Below the pieces are notes generated by a model. It saw nothing but the letters and a program-made list of their open reading frames with translations, had not been told where the DNA came from and made no database searches. From positions 310,001 to 374,000 of the forward strand of contig JBLDXI010000004.1 of assembly GCA_047495785.1 (NCBI GenBank): 64,000 nt of DNA, in the 5' to 3' direction. Shown piece after piece: positions 24,346-37,943 of this stretch. Position 1 is the first letter of the stretch, and every line of letters starts with the position of its first letter. Both the position numbers and the translations under genes were made by a program. Source of the DNA: Lepidodermella squamata. Taxonomy: Eukaryota; Animalia; Gastrotricha.

Positions 24346-24850
24346 GCCGATTATCGATTTTCTATGCAATGCTAAATACACTCAAGTAACCTCAAATAAT
24401 CTTAACCGAGTAGTATAAAACTCGGTTATGCCGGATTTTCTTCATTTGTTTAGTTTACAACCGACTTATTATACTCGGTTATAGCGGAATTTGGCAAAAA
24501 GTCGGTTGCAAACTCAGTTTTGCCGGGAATTAACGCCGAAAAATAGTAATCACCGATTTTTGTAATCGGTGGTGACTGAGTTATTTTTTACTGTGTATGA
24601 GCTGAAAAAATCTTTCAAAAGTTTTGAAGTCTGGGAATTTTGAAAATTGGGGAATAGTACTGATATTATATCTATGGTTCTTGTTTATATGTTGCTGCCG
24701 CCTGAAACATGTTTACGCTAAAAAGAAAAGTTAAGCGTGCCTAGTGCCTAGGCGCGTGTCTTCTCAAAAAAAATGCCATTCGTATTTCATTCGCATTTTC
24801 GATTGACCGTTATTATTTCATTATGTTCGCTAGAGTTTTTCAATAAAATA

Positions 24851-26229
24851 ATGTCTTATTACACCAATATTTTGGTTTTGCTTATGCTGGCGTCGTGGGG
24901 CATGGCTTCAGGGAAGAAGCAGTTGAACTGGGTTCGGTGCTTCTCGAAGCAGAGCAACAAATTCACCAGCTGCGTTCTGGCTGCGGATGGTTGTGATCCA
25001 CTCAAAGAATATCAGGTTTGCCATGATTGAATTTCAAACAATAACCCTGGCCTCAAATTAATATCTCTATCGACAGGTGGGCTCCGTTTTCCGAACAACC
25101 GACGCCTGTAACACTGGGGTGAGTTTCTACGCTTGCTATATTTTTGTTAATTGTTGATCTGCTTTGGCTATAGAATGGCCGAATGTGCTACAAATACGGG
25201 GCTCTTACCACGTTTTGCGTTCCCGGAAATGTTGGCTGCAACAATGCTGGTGATATGAATGTAAGTCTAATTGACCATGGATGAAATTATTCGCAATCAT
25301 CAACTTTGCTGCAGACGTTTTGGTTCGGCGATCAGACGCAGGCTTTGAGCTTGAAATACAACCTCAACGAATGCGAGAAGAAGCGAGCTGTTTTCGATGT
25401 GAGAAACTTCTAAACCACGATAATCATTTGAATGATTGGTTTCTTCATATCATAGAAATTACAATTCCGGCGTTGTACCTCTAACAACGTCTTTAAAACA
25501 TGTGTTCCGGACCCTTACTCTTGCCCCGAAAACTGGGTTAGTCTGTCGAAGCTTCGAAAATTTGCCTAGCTTTTTTGCCTTACCCAACTAGGTCACGGAG
25601 CCAACTTTGTACTCGAATCTAACATCGTGCATGAGCAGTGGGGGCGGAACACCCCCTGTGAGTTTGCGCTGGGTCCTATTCATTCGAACTGGGTCACCGA
25701 ATATTATGTTTTACAGTCTGCCTACTTCCGTTGCGTCGGCAAAAGTGACGCAGCAATTCGTTGCGTGGCGAATACAGCTGGTTGCAACGCGGCTACTGAA
25801 CTTCGAATTCCGGCTTCTATCGAATATGCTGACCAGACCAGCTGCCAGAATGCGACTAAAAGATATTTTGTGATAAACTTCTTCGACCATGGAAGTATTG
25901 CCGCGCCGGCTTGCGTCGCTGCCAATGGTACTCTGGCTACAATCAGGTCGGACGCTGAGTTGGTTACTGCTAAAGGAGCGTTGGCGGCAAAATCAGGTCT
26001 TAACGATGCGTGGATCGGCCTCGCCCGTCAGAACAATGTGCTCAAATGGATCGATGGCTCTGATTTCATTTACATCGAAAATCAGTGGACGCTAGCGGGT
26101 GGCCCAGCAATAGAAGGCGATGCTTGTGTTATGATGATGAAGAGCACATCGCCAACCCCTGATTTTTACTACATTTTGCTTCAGTGTTCCAATACGGGAA
26201 CCTTCGCCCTATGCGAGGCGTTTTCTTGA
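24851..26229 (+). CDS. Family gene C: signal peptide, 4 four-Cys repeats, CTLD (7 exons)
   Basis: MSYYTNILVLLMLASWGMASG; exons VGSVFRTTDACNTG, NGRMCYKYG, TFWFGDQ, KLQFRRCTSNN, VTEPTLYSNLTSCMSSGGGTPP, SAYFRC...AWIGL..WIDG..ALCE. All junctions phase 0. Confidence 0.87.
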
Positions 26230-26409
26230 TGAGACTGGGATTAGTAACGCGAATCTCTTAGTGAGAATTAAAATTTGATGATGAGAAATAATTGAAGTGA
26301 AATAAAATTGCCAAGAGGTTTTTCGAGTTTTCCAATGCTTATAGGTACATCTTCAAAGTAAGAGAGTGAGAGTGAGGCCAGTATCAGGTCTAGCCGTCAA
26401 TAACAACTA

Positions 26410-27404
26410 CCGTATTACCCCGCTTAATCTTGTGACTAATACCACTGGACTCGACACGCACTAAAACTAATAGTAACCCATGTACTAGGTGCGCGCGTGG
26501 ACATGCGCGCGCGCAGGCCGCAACAGGGCGTATGCGGGCACCCACGTGCTGCGAGGCGGGCGTGTTTTTAGTGACACCGTCTCATTTGGGTACCGATATT
26601 TCATCAACCGTGAGGAATATAGGGGAGAAATTTATATCAGTGAGTAGATCTCTCCTTGTCATACACCCGCATGCAAGTCATATTTTGATTGGATGAAGTG
26701 GGAGAAAATTGTAAGGTGTGCGAATAGGCTTCATATGAGTGGCCGCGCTCCCTGCTGATAAATCAAACCGCGATAAAATTTATATTGGGGTGAATGGGAG
26801 GATGTGATCTATCGGATGAAATTAATTCAATTCTATTACTCGTGAAGGACTTCGCAAAAAAGGGGCCCAAACAATGCACATGCTGCGTGCCCAGGTGTAA
26901 AAAGGCACGGTTACGTGCGCGCGCCGGTAGTCATGCTACTTGTTCTCCCTCTTGTGCTCTTACTATAACGAATTTTAAAATGAAATTTAGTTTGGGGTAA
27001 ATGGCAGGATTTGTTCTATAGCACTGACTTTTCCCGGTATTTCTATCAATAATTGTTTTGTCAAAAAAGGGGCCCAAATGAGACTTGTTGAAGTTTTCGT
27101 TGCAAAGAGAGCGCGGTTGCGTAACTATTAGTGCGCGCGCCGCGCGCTGTCTACAGCCCGCGCCTGTGTGTGTCGAGTCCAGTGGTATTAGTCACAAGCG
27201 CTTAATACGACACCCCGTTGCGCCACTTTGAAGGGATACCCACTAATCCCCTTGACCCCCAACGAGGAAACACCTTGTTTTAACGCTCAATCATGGTTGG
27301 GCGCAGTTTACGCGATGGTTTCCGATGTTCAAATACTATCCCCCATAATAGTGGAGAGGGTCAAAGTGGCGCAACGGGGTGTCGTATTAAGCGGGGTAAT
27401 ACGG
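26410..27404. mobile_element. Tc1/mariner/pogo-like MITE (TA TSD) interrupted by a nested element
   Basis: TIR CCGTATTACCCCGCTTAATACGACACCCCGTTGCGCCACTTTGA; TA on both flanks. Confidence 0.8.
26429..27198. mobile_element. Nested non-autonomous TIR element with 8-bp TSD
   Basis: 29-bp TIR CTTGTGACTAATACCACTGGACTCGACAC; TSD CGCTTAAT (26421-26428 / 27199-27206). Confidence 0.85.
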
Positions 27405-29610
27405 TATGAATATTTGCCCCAGCAGGGTGCGATCTTGGATCCCGAGTTGCTGGGGATGAAAAAATATGTTTTGCTGTATTTTCCAACATGCAAAATGACT
27501 AGTAATTTCAACTAAAATCGCACAAAGCGAGAAATTTTCGAAGATTTCTCAATGAAACGGGCTTCAAAATCTCTCAAAATGACAAAAGAGTGAAATCAAT
27601 TCTCATTTTGTTGAGAAATTCTGAAGAAAATCGATTAAAATCATAGATAAGGCAATACTCTATGGAGTAATTTCCCCCGATCCGGAACCCTGAGCTCGTT
27701 TGGCGCAGCCAAACGAATCGAGGGGTTCCAGTGAGTATTGTATTTCTCCATAGGGTAGCCATTGGGCAATCCTATTCCCACATGCCCACAATCCCGAGCT
27801 AGTTTTCGCCTTAGTTTCTTTCCGCCTTCTTTCCGCCTTTCCGCCTTAGTTTCTTTCTAAATGCCTGAAAAATGTCAAATCGACCAACTTTTGAATCAAT
27901 GTTTTGACAAACGGCATTTTTTTAAAATTGGTAATTTTTTCGTGGAACAAATTTTCGCGCCCTCCCAAGCGAGAATCTTCATTCCAGGACCATTATAAGG
28001 TACAGTGCTCCCTTGCTACCTGCACCCTGGCTACGTGCAATTCCCTCGTTATCTGCCACACTTTTACAGCCCCCTCAAAATTGGTGATTAAATAATTTTT
28101 ATAAGTGGGAGAAAAAGTATTTACAAAATTGAATTTATTAAAGCTCAAGAAAATAGCTTTACTACCAACGCTGGCCGAGCCACAGCTTTTTTAGCAATGA
28201 AAAGGCGCTGCCGGTTAAACTTTGATCGACGCGGGGAATTTCAACAGCTAATTTGTTGCTTTTTGAATAATTTTCGCTCTCCAATAAGGAAGATGATCCA
28301 ATTGTTAAAGGCCGGCCAAATTTGATGTGAATTAGCTGAAGACGAGAAATGTTTCGGTCAGAAACTAGACGAACAGCATGGCCTTGAAAAGAGTAAATCG
28401 TTTGATAGGAAGTTGAAAAGGCACGGTGGAAAATGAAGTTATTAAGTAAAACGAACGGCGATTTTTACGAGCTCGCGGTCGCCCCGCATTTTTCATGACG
28501 CCACTCATGTTTTTCACTGCTCGCAACGGCACGCGAATTTTCCAGTCGGGCTGTCCACTGTCCAGCTACAAGAAAACAACTGCGCAACCGATTTGGGCGT
28601 GTGGTATTGAGGTCATTTGGGCTGGTGACGTTATAAGCTATTTTTCAGCTCAATTCTATTGTCTTTCAAGCCGACCCGGACAACGGACGAGAAAAGTATC
28701 GATTTTTAACAAGTAAATTGAGGGATTTCTGTTCATCTCCATTGGGAATAAAATATCAGAGAATAAATGTCTATCAACTCGAAAATTCTTAAAATAAAAT
28801 CTACACGGTGTTCGTGAGGATCGCAGCCACTGGCAGCTGCTTAATTGTTTGCTGAAGCAGCGAACCTAGTTCACCTCAATGATCAGGCAATTAATCCATT
28901 TAATTATGGCAAACCACTCAAACATTTGAAATTTGCAGAACAAATAAAATAAAAAAGTCAATTTTCTAGCTAAATAATCTCAATTTTGACGAGGATAATA
29001 AACCCACTCTTGATATTATTGTTTATAGCTGGCTTTGGTTTATTAGCCTTCGTTCGCGTATGGACCGGCATCGTAGCCATCTACGATGCCGGTCCATACG
29101 CGAACCCATTTTCTATACTTTGAGATGAATTTGAAAAGCGGATTAATCAATGGTAATTGATTTATTGCGAAGAAAATTCCTGCAAGAAGTCGGAGCAATC
29201 GAGATTCGCAATGATTCCCAGTGATTTTGCTCAATTTTCCCAGTGACGTGTACAGACTATGCTGTAGGATCGATTGGAACCATTATTTTTATTTTTTTTC
29301 ATGTAATTCGTGCCCAATTGCGGAGATTTCTTTGGAAATTATTTTCTTCATTTATTCTTCATAATAAAATTGAAAATGCTTCAAAACTGCACTCAATCGA
29401 GAGAAACACGGACTTGAACTATTCAACACGCGCCGAACAAAAAACGGACACGTGACACGTTCCATATCGCACCATAAGGAGCGTCGCCGTGAAAAATATC
29501 AAAAACAACAACAACAACGCACCGTCATTCACGATTCATTCGATACAATTTTTACAAAATTCATATCGTAAATTTTTAACCGATTTTTTTTCCAAGGCTC
29601 ATTCGATCAA

Positions 29611-32600
29611 ATGGTTTGGGTTCACTGTGCTCTCCTTCTAACCCTATTGCTGGCGTCAAGTGACCCGGCTTCAGGTAAAGAATTAAACTGGGTCCGCTGC
29701 TTCTCGCAGTTCAGCAACCGATTCACCAACTGCATACCAGCCGCCGATGGCTGTAATCCACTCACCGAATACCAGGTTTGCAAGGATTTACTTGCAGTAA
29801 CATGGAGATTGTTGAATTCTTCACCAACTAGTGGGGCGGCATTTTTCGAACAACTGGCGTCTGCAACACTGGGGTTAGCTTTATTCTTCAGTTTATTTTT
29901 GCTAATTAATGCCCTGTTTTGTCTATAGAATGCCCGAATGTGCTACAAATACGAGGCTATTACTCCGTTTTGCGTACCTGGTAACATTGGCTGTAACAAC
30001 CCTGGTGATATGAATGTTAGCCTCGTTCCATTTTTGAAGTCTCAAAATCATAGACAACTCTATACAGATCGGAAACTAGCGATCTTCCTATAGTAAATAA
30101 ATTCACACCAAAACGTGAAAAAGTGGGCACGCGACACGCGACCTTCATTTTTATTCACTCACCGCCCTATCCGCCCATTGTAATTTTCCCGATTTTTAAT
30201 TATTTTCTAAAATTCCCAGAGAAAATGTTTCATTTCCCACAAATTTTAAACAAATTTTCGGGAATACTAGAAGCGCTCCCCTATCGAATGAATCCCGTCT
30301 CATGAGACGGTTTTTTTCTAACTTTTTTAAAATTATCTCAAAGTTGGTCACTTTTACGAAAAATCGCCATTTCGAGAGTCTTTCGGGACGGTAAAATTAT
30401 TCATTTAAGCCGAAAAATTCTGAGAAAAATACTATGATCTTATTCGATTTTTGCTCTATCCAACGATATAAAATTTGAGCGAATCATAATTTTTTATGAA
30501 TTTCGCGAAATTTTCGGACTTGTAATATTGGGATTTTGCGTGATAATGTTTTTCTAAAAATAGCTATTAGGTTTTTTGTAGCTATTTTTAGCCCGCTCAA
30601 AGTATTATCAAGCGAATGCAAAAAAATGAAGGTCGCGTGCCCACTTTTTCACGTTTTGGTGTGAATTTATTTACTATAGGAAGATCGCTAGTTTCCGATC
30701 TGTATAGAGTTGTCTATGCTCAAAATCTTATTTTTCTGCTTTTTCACATCGTTGAAGTAATATGCCTTTTGTATTTCAGACGTTCTGGTTCAACGATCAG
30801 AATGCGACGTTGAGTTTAAAATACAACCTCAACGAATGTGAGAAGCAACGAGCTGTTTTCGATGTAAGAACTTCCAAACCTCTGTTGACAGTGGTCGTGA
30901 TCAATTGTTGTTCAACCATCGTAGAAATCCGCGAAATTCCGGCGCTGCACCTCGAACAATGTCATCAAAACCTGCGTTCCCGATCCCTTCACTTGCCCTG
31001 AAAACTGGGTTAGTTTTGTTGAATTTTCCTATGTTGATTCAAAAACTCACTTTAATTACTCAATTATTCCTCTTCTAGATCACTGAATCGACGATTTACT
31101 CAGATTTAACGTCGTGCATAAACAGCACGGGTGAGTCAAAGATTAAAATCGGTTATTTGAAATGGCTAAGATAAATTCTCAATCTAAATATATGGAATAA
31201 GGGGCCTTTATTTTTCGGCAAATTTAATCATTAGTGAATTGAGGTATTTCCGTCAAAACAAATTTATCAGTGATTGAAAGAAAATTCCGGGAATTTTCAT
31301 TCATCAGTGCACAGCGTAATAAATTATTGAGAAAATAAAAAATAACACTAGCTATGTTTTTTTAATCACAGTCACTGTTCCGATCAGCGAGAAGCCGCAT
31401 ATCCGATGTTTCGATTCGGCAACAAGCAAATTCAGCGACTGCCGACCTCAAAGCTCTGGCTGCCTTGCTAACAATGAAACTCAGCAATATTCCAGCAAAG
31501 TCTACATCAACCGTGCATCTTGTCTGCTAGGAGTGAGATCTCAAATAGCTTTTTGCATCTTATCAGTTATTACGCTTGTTTGACAGAATGCTGTTTCGTG
31601 CAAGGATTCATCCAACCGAACGTCGTGCTACGCAGCTTGTCCCCAAGATCAAACTCAGGTACCACTCAAATGCCCGGTTTTCTCCATAATTTACAGTTTT
31701 TCTATAACAGGTTAAGCTGTTCTCGGAATCGGGCACGTTCCAGCTGAATCACGACAAATGCATCAATGACGTATCGCCTCCTGTGAGTTCACATCTTTAA
31801 ATATGTCAGGGTTCCATAATTATATGTATCCAACGCAGCTAGGTTAAATAGTTTAATAGTTTAGATGGATCATTAGTAATTTTTCGGCAATCAGACAAAT
31901 TTTGAAAGAAGCCAATTTTCCATTGATTGTCCGGCTTTTCTGATGTGCCCCTTTGGTTATATAGTTAACCTGGCTTGGCTATGAGTTTGGGGTTCTCGGC
32001 AACTCGGAAATGAATTCGCCTTAAAGAAATTTGTTTTAGCAGTTATAACTAGTGAAAAATGGGTGTAAACGAATTCTACTTATTTACATAGAAACTTGCT
32101 AAAATTATAATTTGATAATATCGAAAATTCCGGCTTGCAAAATCCGGTTATCAAGATGGGTAGCGGTTTCATCAACCGCCTCTCATAGTGGGCTGGTGGA
32201 TTAACCAAAAAAACAATAAACATATTGTTATTTGCGGGCTCGTTCCCTTGTTTTCGTAGCCGTTGTGTTATGCGCAATTGTTGAATAATTGCTCTTTAAA
32301 TTCCGAAATTTCAGGCCAAAAAGTGCTCATACATTCGTTTTTCAAGCATTTCCATTTAGCTAAATCTGAACAAAATGTAGATCAATTAAGATTGGGTGGG
32401 CTCAGTCAAAGACCGCAAGGGAGACGCTTATATCTCGATTTTCCTTCTTCCAACCAGTTCTGCTATTTTACTTTGCTCTCAGCTTTTTTGACGACGATGC
32501 TATCGACCATTGCGCAATGGCTATGTAATGGTTAGCATTAAAGCGGGCTATGGTTTTTGCGATCGCTACAAATCTTAATTTTGACAAATAATGTGGGTTG

Positions 32601-33695
32601 TCTGCAAAAAGAGCAAGCGAAAAGCAGCAAAACGAGAGGCCATTTTTCTGATCTTGAATCATGGGAGATCTTAGCAGAACGTTGCAGATTAACAACATTG
32701 TGGAACCACTGGCGAGTTGAACTTAGGCGCGCACGCTGATTGGTCAATTTATCGTTTATACGGCATTGGTCGCTCTCACCCGGCAAAACTCCGGAGTGGA
32801 ACAATTTAGTCGTGCGATCCACTGATAAATTATTTTATATTTATGCAAAAATGATCTTGCCACACCCTCTGCACGTTTCCATTGACCACGAGCGTAAACT
32901 CCATGTTAATCGTGTTAAATTGCTGCGGCAAAAAACACTTGTTGTCAAAAATCTTATGGATCGCACGACAGAACGTTTCATCCAGGAGTCAGAGCGACGA
33001 TCGATTGACCAATCAGCGCGCGCTTTGGATTGGACTTTCAAGTGGTCACACAATGTATGATTCATTTTATACGAGACTAACGGGGGGGGGGGGGGGGGGG
33101 GGGAAGAGGGGCGTGATGTGAGCGAGCACTTTATTATCACCTGGCTTTATTACTATCATTTTAACCAAAGCCGGCTGGGTATTTCCGCTGCGTCGACAAC
33201 AGCGATGGCGCTGTTAATTGCGTCGCCGAGTCGGCAGGCTGCAATGCGGCAACTCAGCTTCGAATTCCGGCTAATGTGGTCTATCCGGACGAGAACACTT
33301 GCAAGAGTGCGACCAAGAAGTACACGGGGGTGTTTAATTATCAACTCAGAGCTTATTACCTGCCCAAATGCGCCGAGATAAATGCTACATTCGCCACGAT
33401 TAGGTCTGACGCTGAGCTAGCCGCCGCTAGGCTCGTGCTCCTGCAGGCTAGCCATGCACAAGGTTCCACGGTTTATTCCACATTGGTCGCTCTCACCCGG
33501 CAAAACGGCATACTCAAATGGGATGACGGATCGAGCTTCACTTTCGACGCAACGCAATGGGTTATGGTTCCATCTGATGATGGGTGTGCTCGTTTAGTTT
33601 ACTATACTAAAGATTCACGACCGAACGATTTTTACTATTCGGTAGATGATTGTGATAATACCTATTCATACGCTATCTTATGCGAGTATTTTTAG
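29611..33695 (+). CDS. Family gene D: signal peptide, 6 four-Cys repeats, CTLD (10 exons)
   Basis: MVWVHCALLLTLLLASS; exons WGGIFRTTGVCNTG, NARMCYKY, TFWFNDQ, KSAKFRRC, ITESTIYSDLTSC, KPHIRCFDSATSK, NAVSCKDS, VKLFSESG, PAGYFRC...KWDDG..ILCEYF. Confidence 0.85.
30049..30718. mobile_element. MITE with CATAG termini and 8-bp TSD (P-element-like), in gene D intron 3
   Basis: ~85-bp TIR CATAGACAACTCTATACAGATCGG...; TSD CTCAAAAT (30041-30048 / 30719-30726). A partial related copy ends at 46824. Confidence 0.88.
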
Positions 33696-35720
33696 TGAAG
33701 CTATCGAGCCTTTTTCTGAAAATTTCTCGCGACGAAGTAAAGTGAATAATTGCATGTGATTAAAAAAGAGAGATAATTGATCTAAATAATAGATAATTCC
33801 GCCGTGCATTTAGAAATAAAGTGTGCGTGAAGTAATAGTGAAACATGTATGCTCTTCTACGGGGCACTTTGATGACTCTGATTACGCTCAGTAATTGTGA
33901 TGATTATGGTATCGCTGTGGTACACTTTTCTTTTGAACTATTCCTTGTGAGATTGTCGTAAGAAGCCGAAGTAAAATGATAATATTTGGGGAGATTTGGG
34001 GAGTATTCTTCCGACACTTCAAAAATTAATTAATTCTAAATGCTTCACCGAGCATTTAGAATTAAGCTGGGTTCACTAATGTGCGACAGCGGCGACGTTT
34101 TATTTATCGCGTGGAAATTTCACAAATCCGCGGAGCAACAGTCCCGTGATAGTCACAGTCGCGCGCGCACACGACAATCGCAGTGCAAGACACATTTCCG
34201 CACACAGGTTTTGATCACACGTTCGAGGATGTTTATAAGGAGCATAATCATCTCTACTTTTCATATCTTCATTTTGCTGATGACTAGTGATGCGCGCCGA
34301 TTATTTTTTCTTTAATCGATTAAAATTCGATTTCCACGATAATCGAATCGTGTTAATCGCGATTAAATCGTCAATCGAATCGCCCGACAAATCAAATCGA
34401 TTAATCGTGGACGCTGTATTAAATTCAAGTAAAATCATAATCAGATAGGCTTGTTTTTAACAAATATTTGAACGCGCTTCTAGCATTACTATCAACTCGT
34501 ATCCTCAATCTGACAATTCCACGAGATTCTACGCAAAAAACTGAGTAATTCTATGTGTTACTCGACCTAAATTCTGATTCCTCGTGAAAAACTACCCTCT
34601 CCGGGATTTCTAAGGGGGGTTTCGACATTTATTTTTATAATCCAATTAATTGATCAATTCAATACCCGGAAACCAAATTTTGATTGCGCGATTTCTTCAC
34701 AACCATTCGTTTTGATGAAAATTTGGGATCTAGGGTAACTTTTTACGCTGAACAAGATAATGCGAACCGTTAATTGATAGAGACCATTGGATGAGCGCAA
34801 ATCGATAATCGATAATCGATAATCAATCAGTTTCCTGTTATGCATGCAATATTCAAATAGCGAATAGATTTTTCTTAACAAAGCATCCTCCTCATCGAAC
34901 AAAGTGCTTAGAAAAAAGAATGCAATAGAAGAAAAAAAGAAATAGGAACGAACGTATGCAGATTCGCCTCTACACTGTCTTGTCAGAACATCTATCATAG
35001 CCGATTAATCGGGCGATTAATCGATGCCAGGAAAGACGATTTTGGGACGAGCGCCATGATTAAAATTCGATTCGACTTAAATTCGACTTTAGCTGACGGT
35101 ATTTTTTGACTGAGAATAGTTTAAAATTGCTTTAAACTTGCATGTTTACGATAAATTGTGCCAATAAATAATGGTAAACATCGCTTATAATTAGGTAGCT
35201 TTTCATGGCTACGCCGAAATCAGGACAAGCAATATCGTAATGAGAAATTAAATTAGCTATAACTCGGAAAAAGGCACGAATTTGAAATATTATTTCAAAA
35301 TGTGGTTGGGTAAAGCGATGATCGTGTTTCGCTGGCATTGCGCGCGCCAGTCTTTCCGTGCGATGTAGCATAGAGAGTAACATCTCTGAGTCTCCTTAGG
35401 AACTTACAGTGTTTCGGCGGCGAGGCTGTGAGCATAATTCCCAAAAAATAATCGAAACCAATAAATTCCGAGGTTTCAAAAAACTACCCTTTTATTTTAT
35501 GCTTTATAAAAAAAAAGAGATTGAAAAGATATCCTAGAAAAAACCCAAGCTTGTTTTCAATTGAAAAATAGGTCGAATAGTTTTTCTGTGTCCTCGGACA
35601 CAACAACTGGCCAGATGTGTTTACGATTCATGTGTTTGTTTCCACGTAAAAATAGTCACATAATTTTTGCCATTCATTGATTTTATTTCATCAACGATTT
35701 CGTTAAATTATTTCTTTAGA

Positions 35721-37943
35721 ATGGCCGCGAGCAATTGTTTGATTATCGCGATTTTCTTTGCTGCCAGTATCAGTCTTACATCGGGCCAGTATGTTCGATG
35801 CTTCTCGCTGGTCAACAACATATTTACGTCGTGTGTACCGGCCAAAAAGGGCTGCGATCCTCTTCGCGAATATCAGGTAAATCCGATATGAAACGCTTTG
35901 TCGTTGAATTTCTTGCTTCAATTTTAGTTGGGGCGAATTTTCCTACGAGCTGGCGTTTGCGGTCGCGGCGTGAGTTTTGAGGCCTAGTTCTTATCGAAGA
36001 GTGTTATCGAAAAGCGAAATTTTTTATAAATGTTGTGAAGGCCTTTTATTTCAGTTTTTTCTCATTTTTTTTTTTATTTTTAGAATGGCCGTATGTGCTA
36101 CAAATACGACTTGCTTACTCCGATTTGTGTACCTGGTACGGTTGGTTGCGGCAAACCCGGCCAAATGAGCGTGAGTGACCTTAACGTATCCTTTTGTGAT
36201 AAACTCGGGGTTTGAGCGAAGTTGAGCGTTTTACTCTTTCCCATAGAAAGTTCTCTTGAAAAAATTATTCATTTTTTAAGACTTGAATTGGAATTTTGAA
36301 ACCATGGTCGAACGTCGAACCAATTTTATTTTTCAGCTGTTTTGGTTCAACAGCTCTTCTCCTCAATTGAATTTGAGATACAACCTCAACAACTGCGAGA
36401 TGAAAAAAGCTGATTTTCCGGTAAGCGATAAATCATTGCGAAAGCATGAATCTCTATTCAAATATTCATATTCAGAATCTCCAATTCAGGCGTTGCTCGT
36501 CAAACGGCGACTTGAAAACATGCGTCCCGGACCCGTACACGTGCCCGAACAACTGGGTAAGAATTAAGCTCAGCTAATCTTCATTCATTCAATTCACTGA
36601 TTTGTTTTATTTCTGGTAAAAATCAATCGAAATTTCCCCAATTTAAAATTTAATGCTGACTTTGCTTTTCCAAAGAAAATAGAGCCGACACTGTATCTGA
36701 ATCTTTCCGCTTGTACCAATGGATCGCGTAAGTTCAAGAAAAACTCACCGTTAAAATGGTTTTTTTTATATATTTCTTTGTTTACAAAGTGAGCGTTCCT
36801 GATAGTGAGAAACCTCAAGTTCGCTGTTTTGAAAAACAGACTCGAAAATTCACCGACTGCCGCATGCGAAGTCCTGGCTGTATTCCTAACACAGAAGTAC
36901 AGCTATATCCGACTGTATTTTACAGCAATCGCGAAAACTGCCTTAAAGGAGTGAGCTTTATAAAATTGCTGATAATCTAACAAATTTTGGTTATTTTAGA
37001 AAGCTGTTCAATGCAAGGATTCATCGGATGCCAAAGGCTGCTATGCTCAGTGCCCGAAAGATCGAACGGAGGTAACTGCTTAATTAGCGTCAACATTCTC
37101 TTATAGGTTCGACTTTTCAGGTCAAGGCTTATTTGGATGATCAGCTTTTCAAAGTCAACCACGATGCATGTATCAAGGAAATAACACCTGCGAACACGGT
37201 GAGTCATCTGTTCGCTTTCATCTTAGCTTTCTTCCTTCATTTGTCGAAGTTCGGATTTTATCTGGCGCATTGGGTTTGGTTTGATTTGATTGAGGGTTCA
37301 AATCATGGATTTGATTGAGGGTTCAAATCATGGATTTGATTGAGGGTTCAAATCATGGATTTGATTGAGGGTTCAAATCATGGATTTGATTCATTAAATC
37401 AACATTAAATCAAAGGGCTGTTACATTTATTTCTGTAATTTGTAGACAGGTCTTTGGCGTTGCGTCGACAAGAGCAGTGGTGCGATAGCGTGCTGGAGCA
37501 GTACAGTGGGTTGCCATCCCACAGCCGATCTGCACATCCCTGACAACATTCTCTATCCTGACCGGGACACTTGCAGAGCCGCCAAGAAGAAGTTCATCCT
37601 GCTACCCGGGACTTTCGATCACTCTGCCGGCTCTGCAGCGTGCGAACAGGCCAATTACAGGTTCGGCACCGTGCGATTGGATGCTGAGCTGTATTTACTC
37701 AGAAGCGAGCTGAGGAAGATATCGGTCTCGCTAGCTTGGATTGGCCTGACGTATACTTCCAACTCGTTCAAATGGTTCGATGGCAGTTCTTTCAGGATTA
37801 ATGCAACGCAATGGACCAATCTGGCTGCAGCGAGAACTATGAGCTGCTTCGGCATGGTTCGCGATGCCGCAGTGAATGATTACTTGTATCAAGGAGAGGA
37901 TTGTGGCAGTAGCGCGAGCCATGCGGTTTGCGAGACATTTTGA
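35721..37943 (+). CDS. Family gene E: signal peptide, 6 four-Cys repeats, CTLD (10 exons)
   Basis: MAASNCLIIAIFFAASISLTSG; exons LGRIFLRAGVCGRG, NGRMCYKYD, LFWFNSS, NLQFRRCSS, KPQVRCFEKQ, KAVQCKDS, TGLWRCVD...AWIGL..WFDG..AVCE. Confidence 0.85.
37286..37390. repeat. 25-bp tandem repeat, about 4 copies, in a gene E intron
   Basis: Unit TGAGGGTTCAAATCATGGATTTGAT. Confidence 0.9.

Larger units (their letters stand above)
14322..24595. mobile_element. CMC/CACTA-superfamily DNA transposon with Mirage-like CACAG termini, ~10.3 kb
   Basis: TIR CACAGTAAAAAA...TTTTTTACTGTG, TA on both sides, subterminal palindromic CGGTxxxxACCG repeats at both ends, internal transposase. Confidence 0.88.

Noticed and set aside
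33081-33103. Poly-G run as a G-quadruplex regulator
   Set aside because: A single intronic homopolymer with no supporting evidence; its length may be an assembly artefact.
35712-35723. Acceptor-like TTTCTTTAG just before gene E's ATG as evidence of SL trans-splicing
   Set aside because: Equally explained by a 5' UTR intron; not consistent across paralogs.
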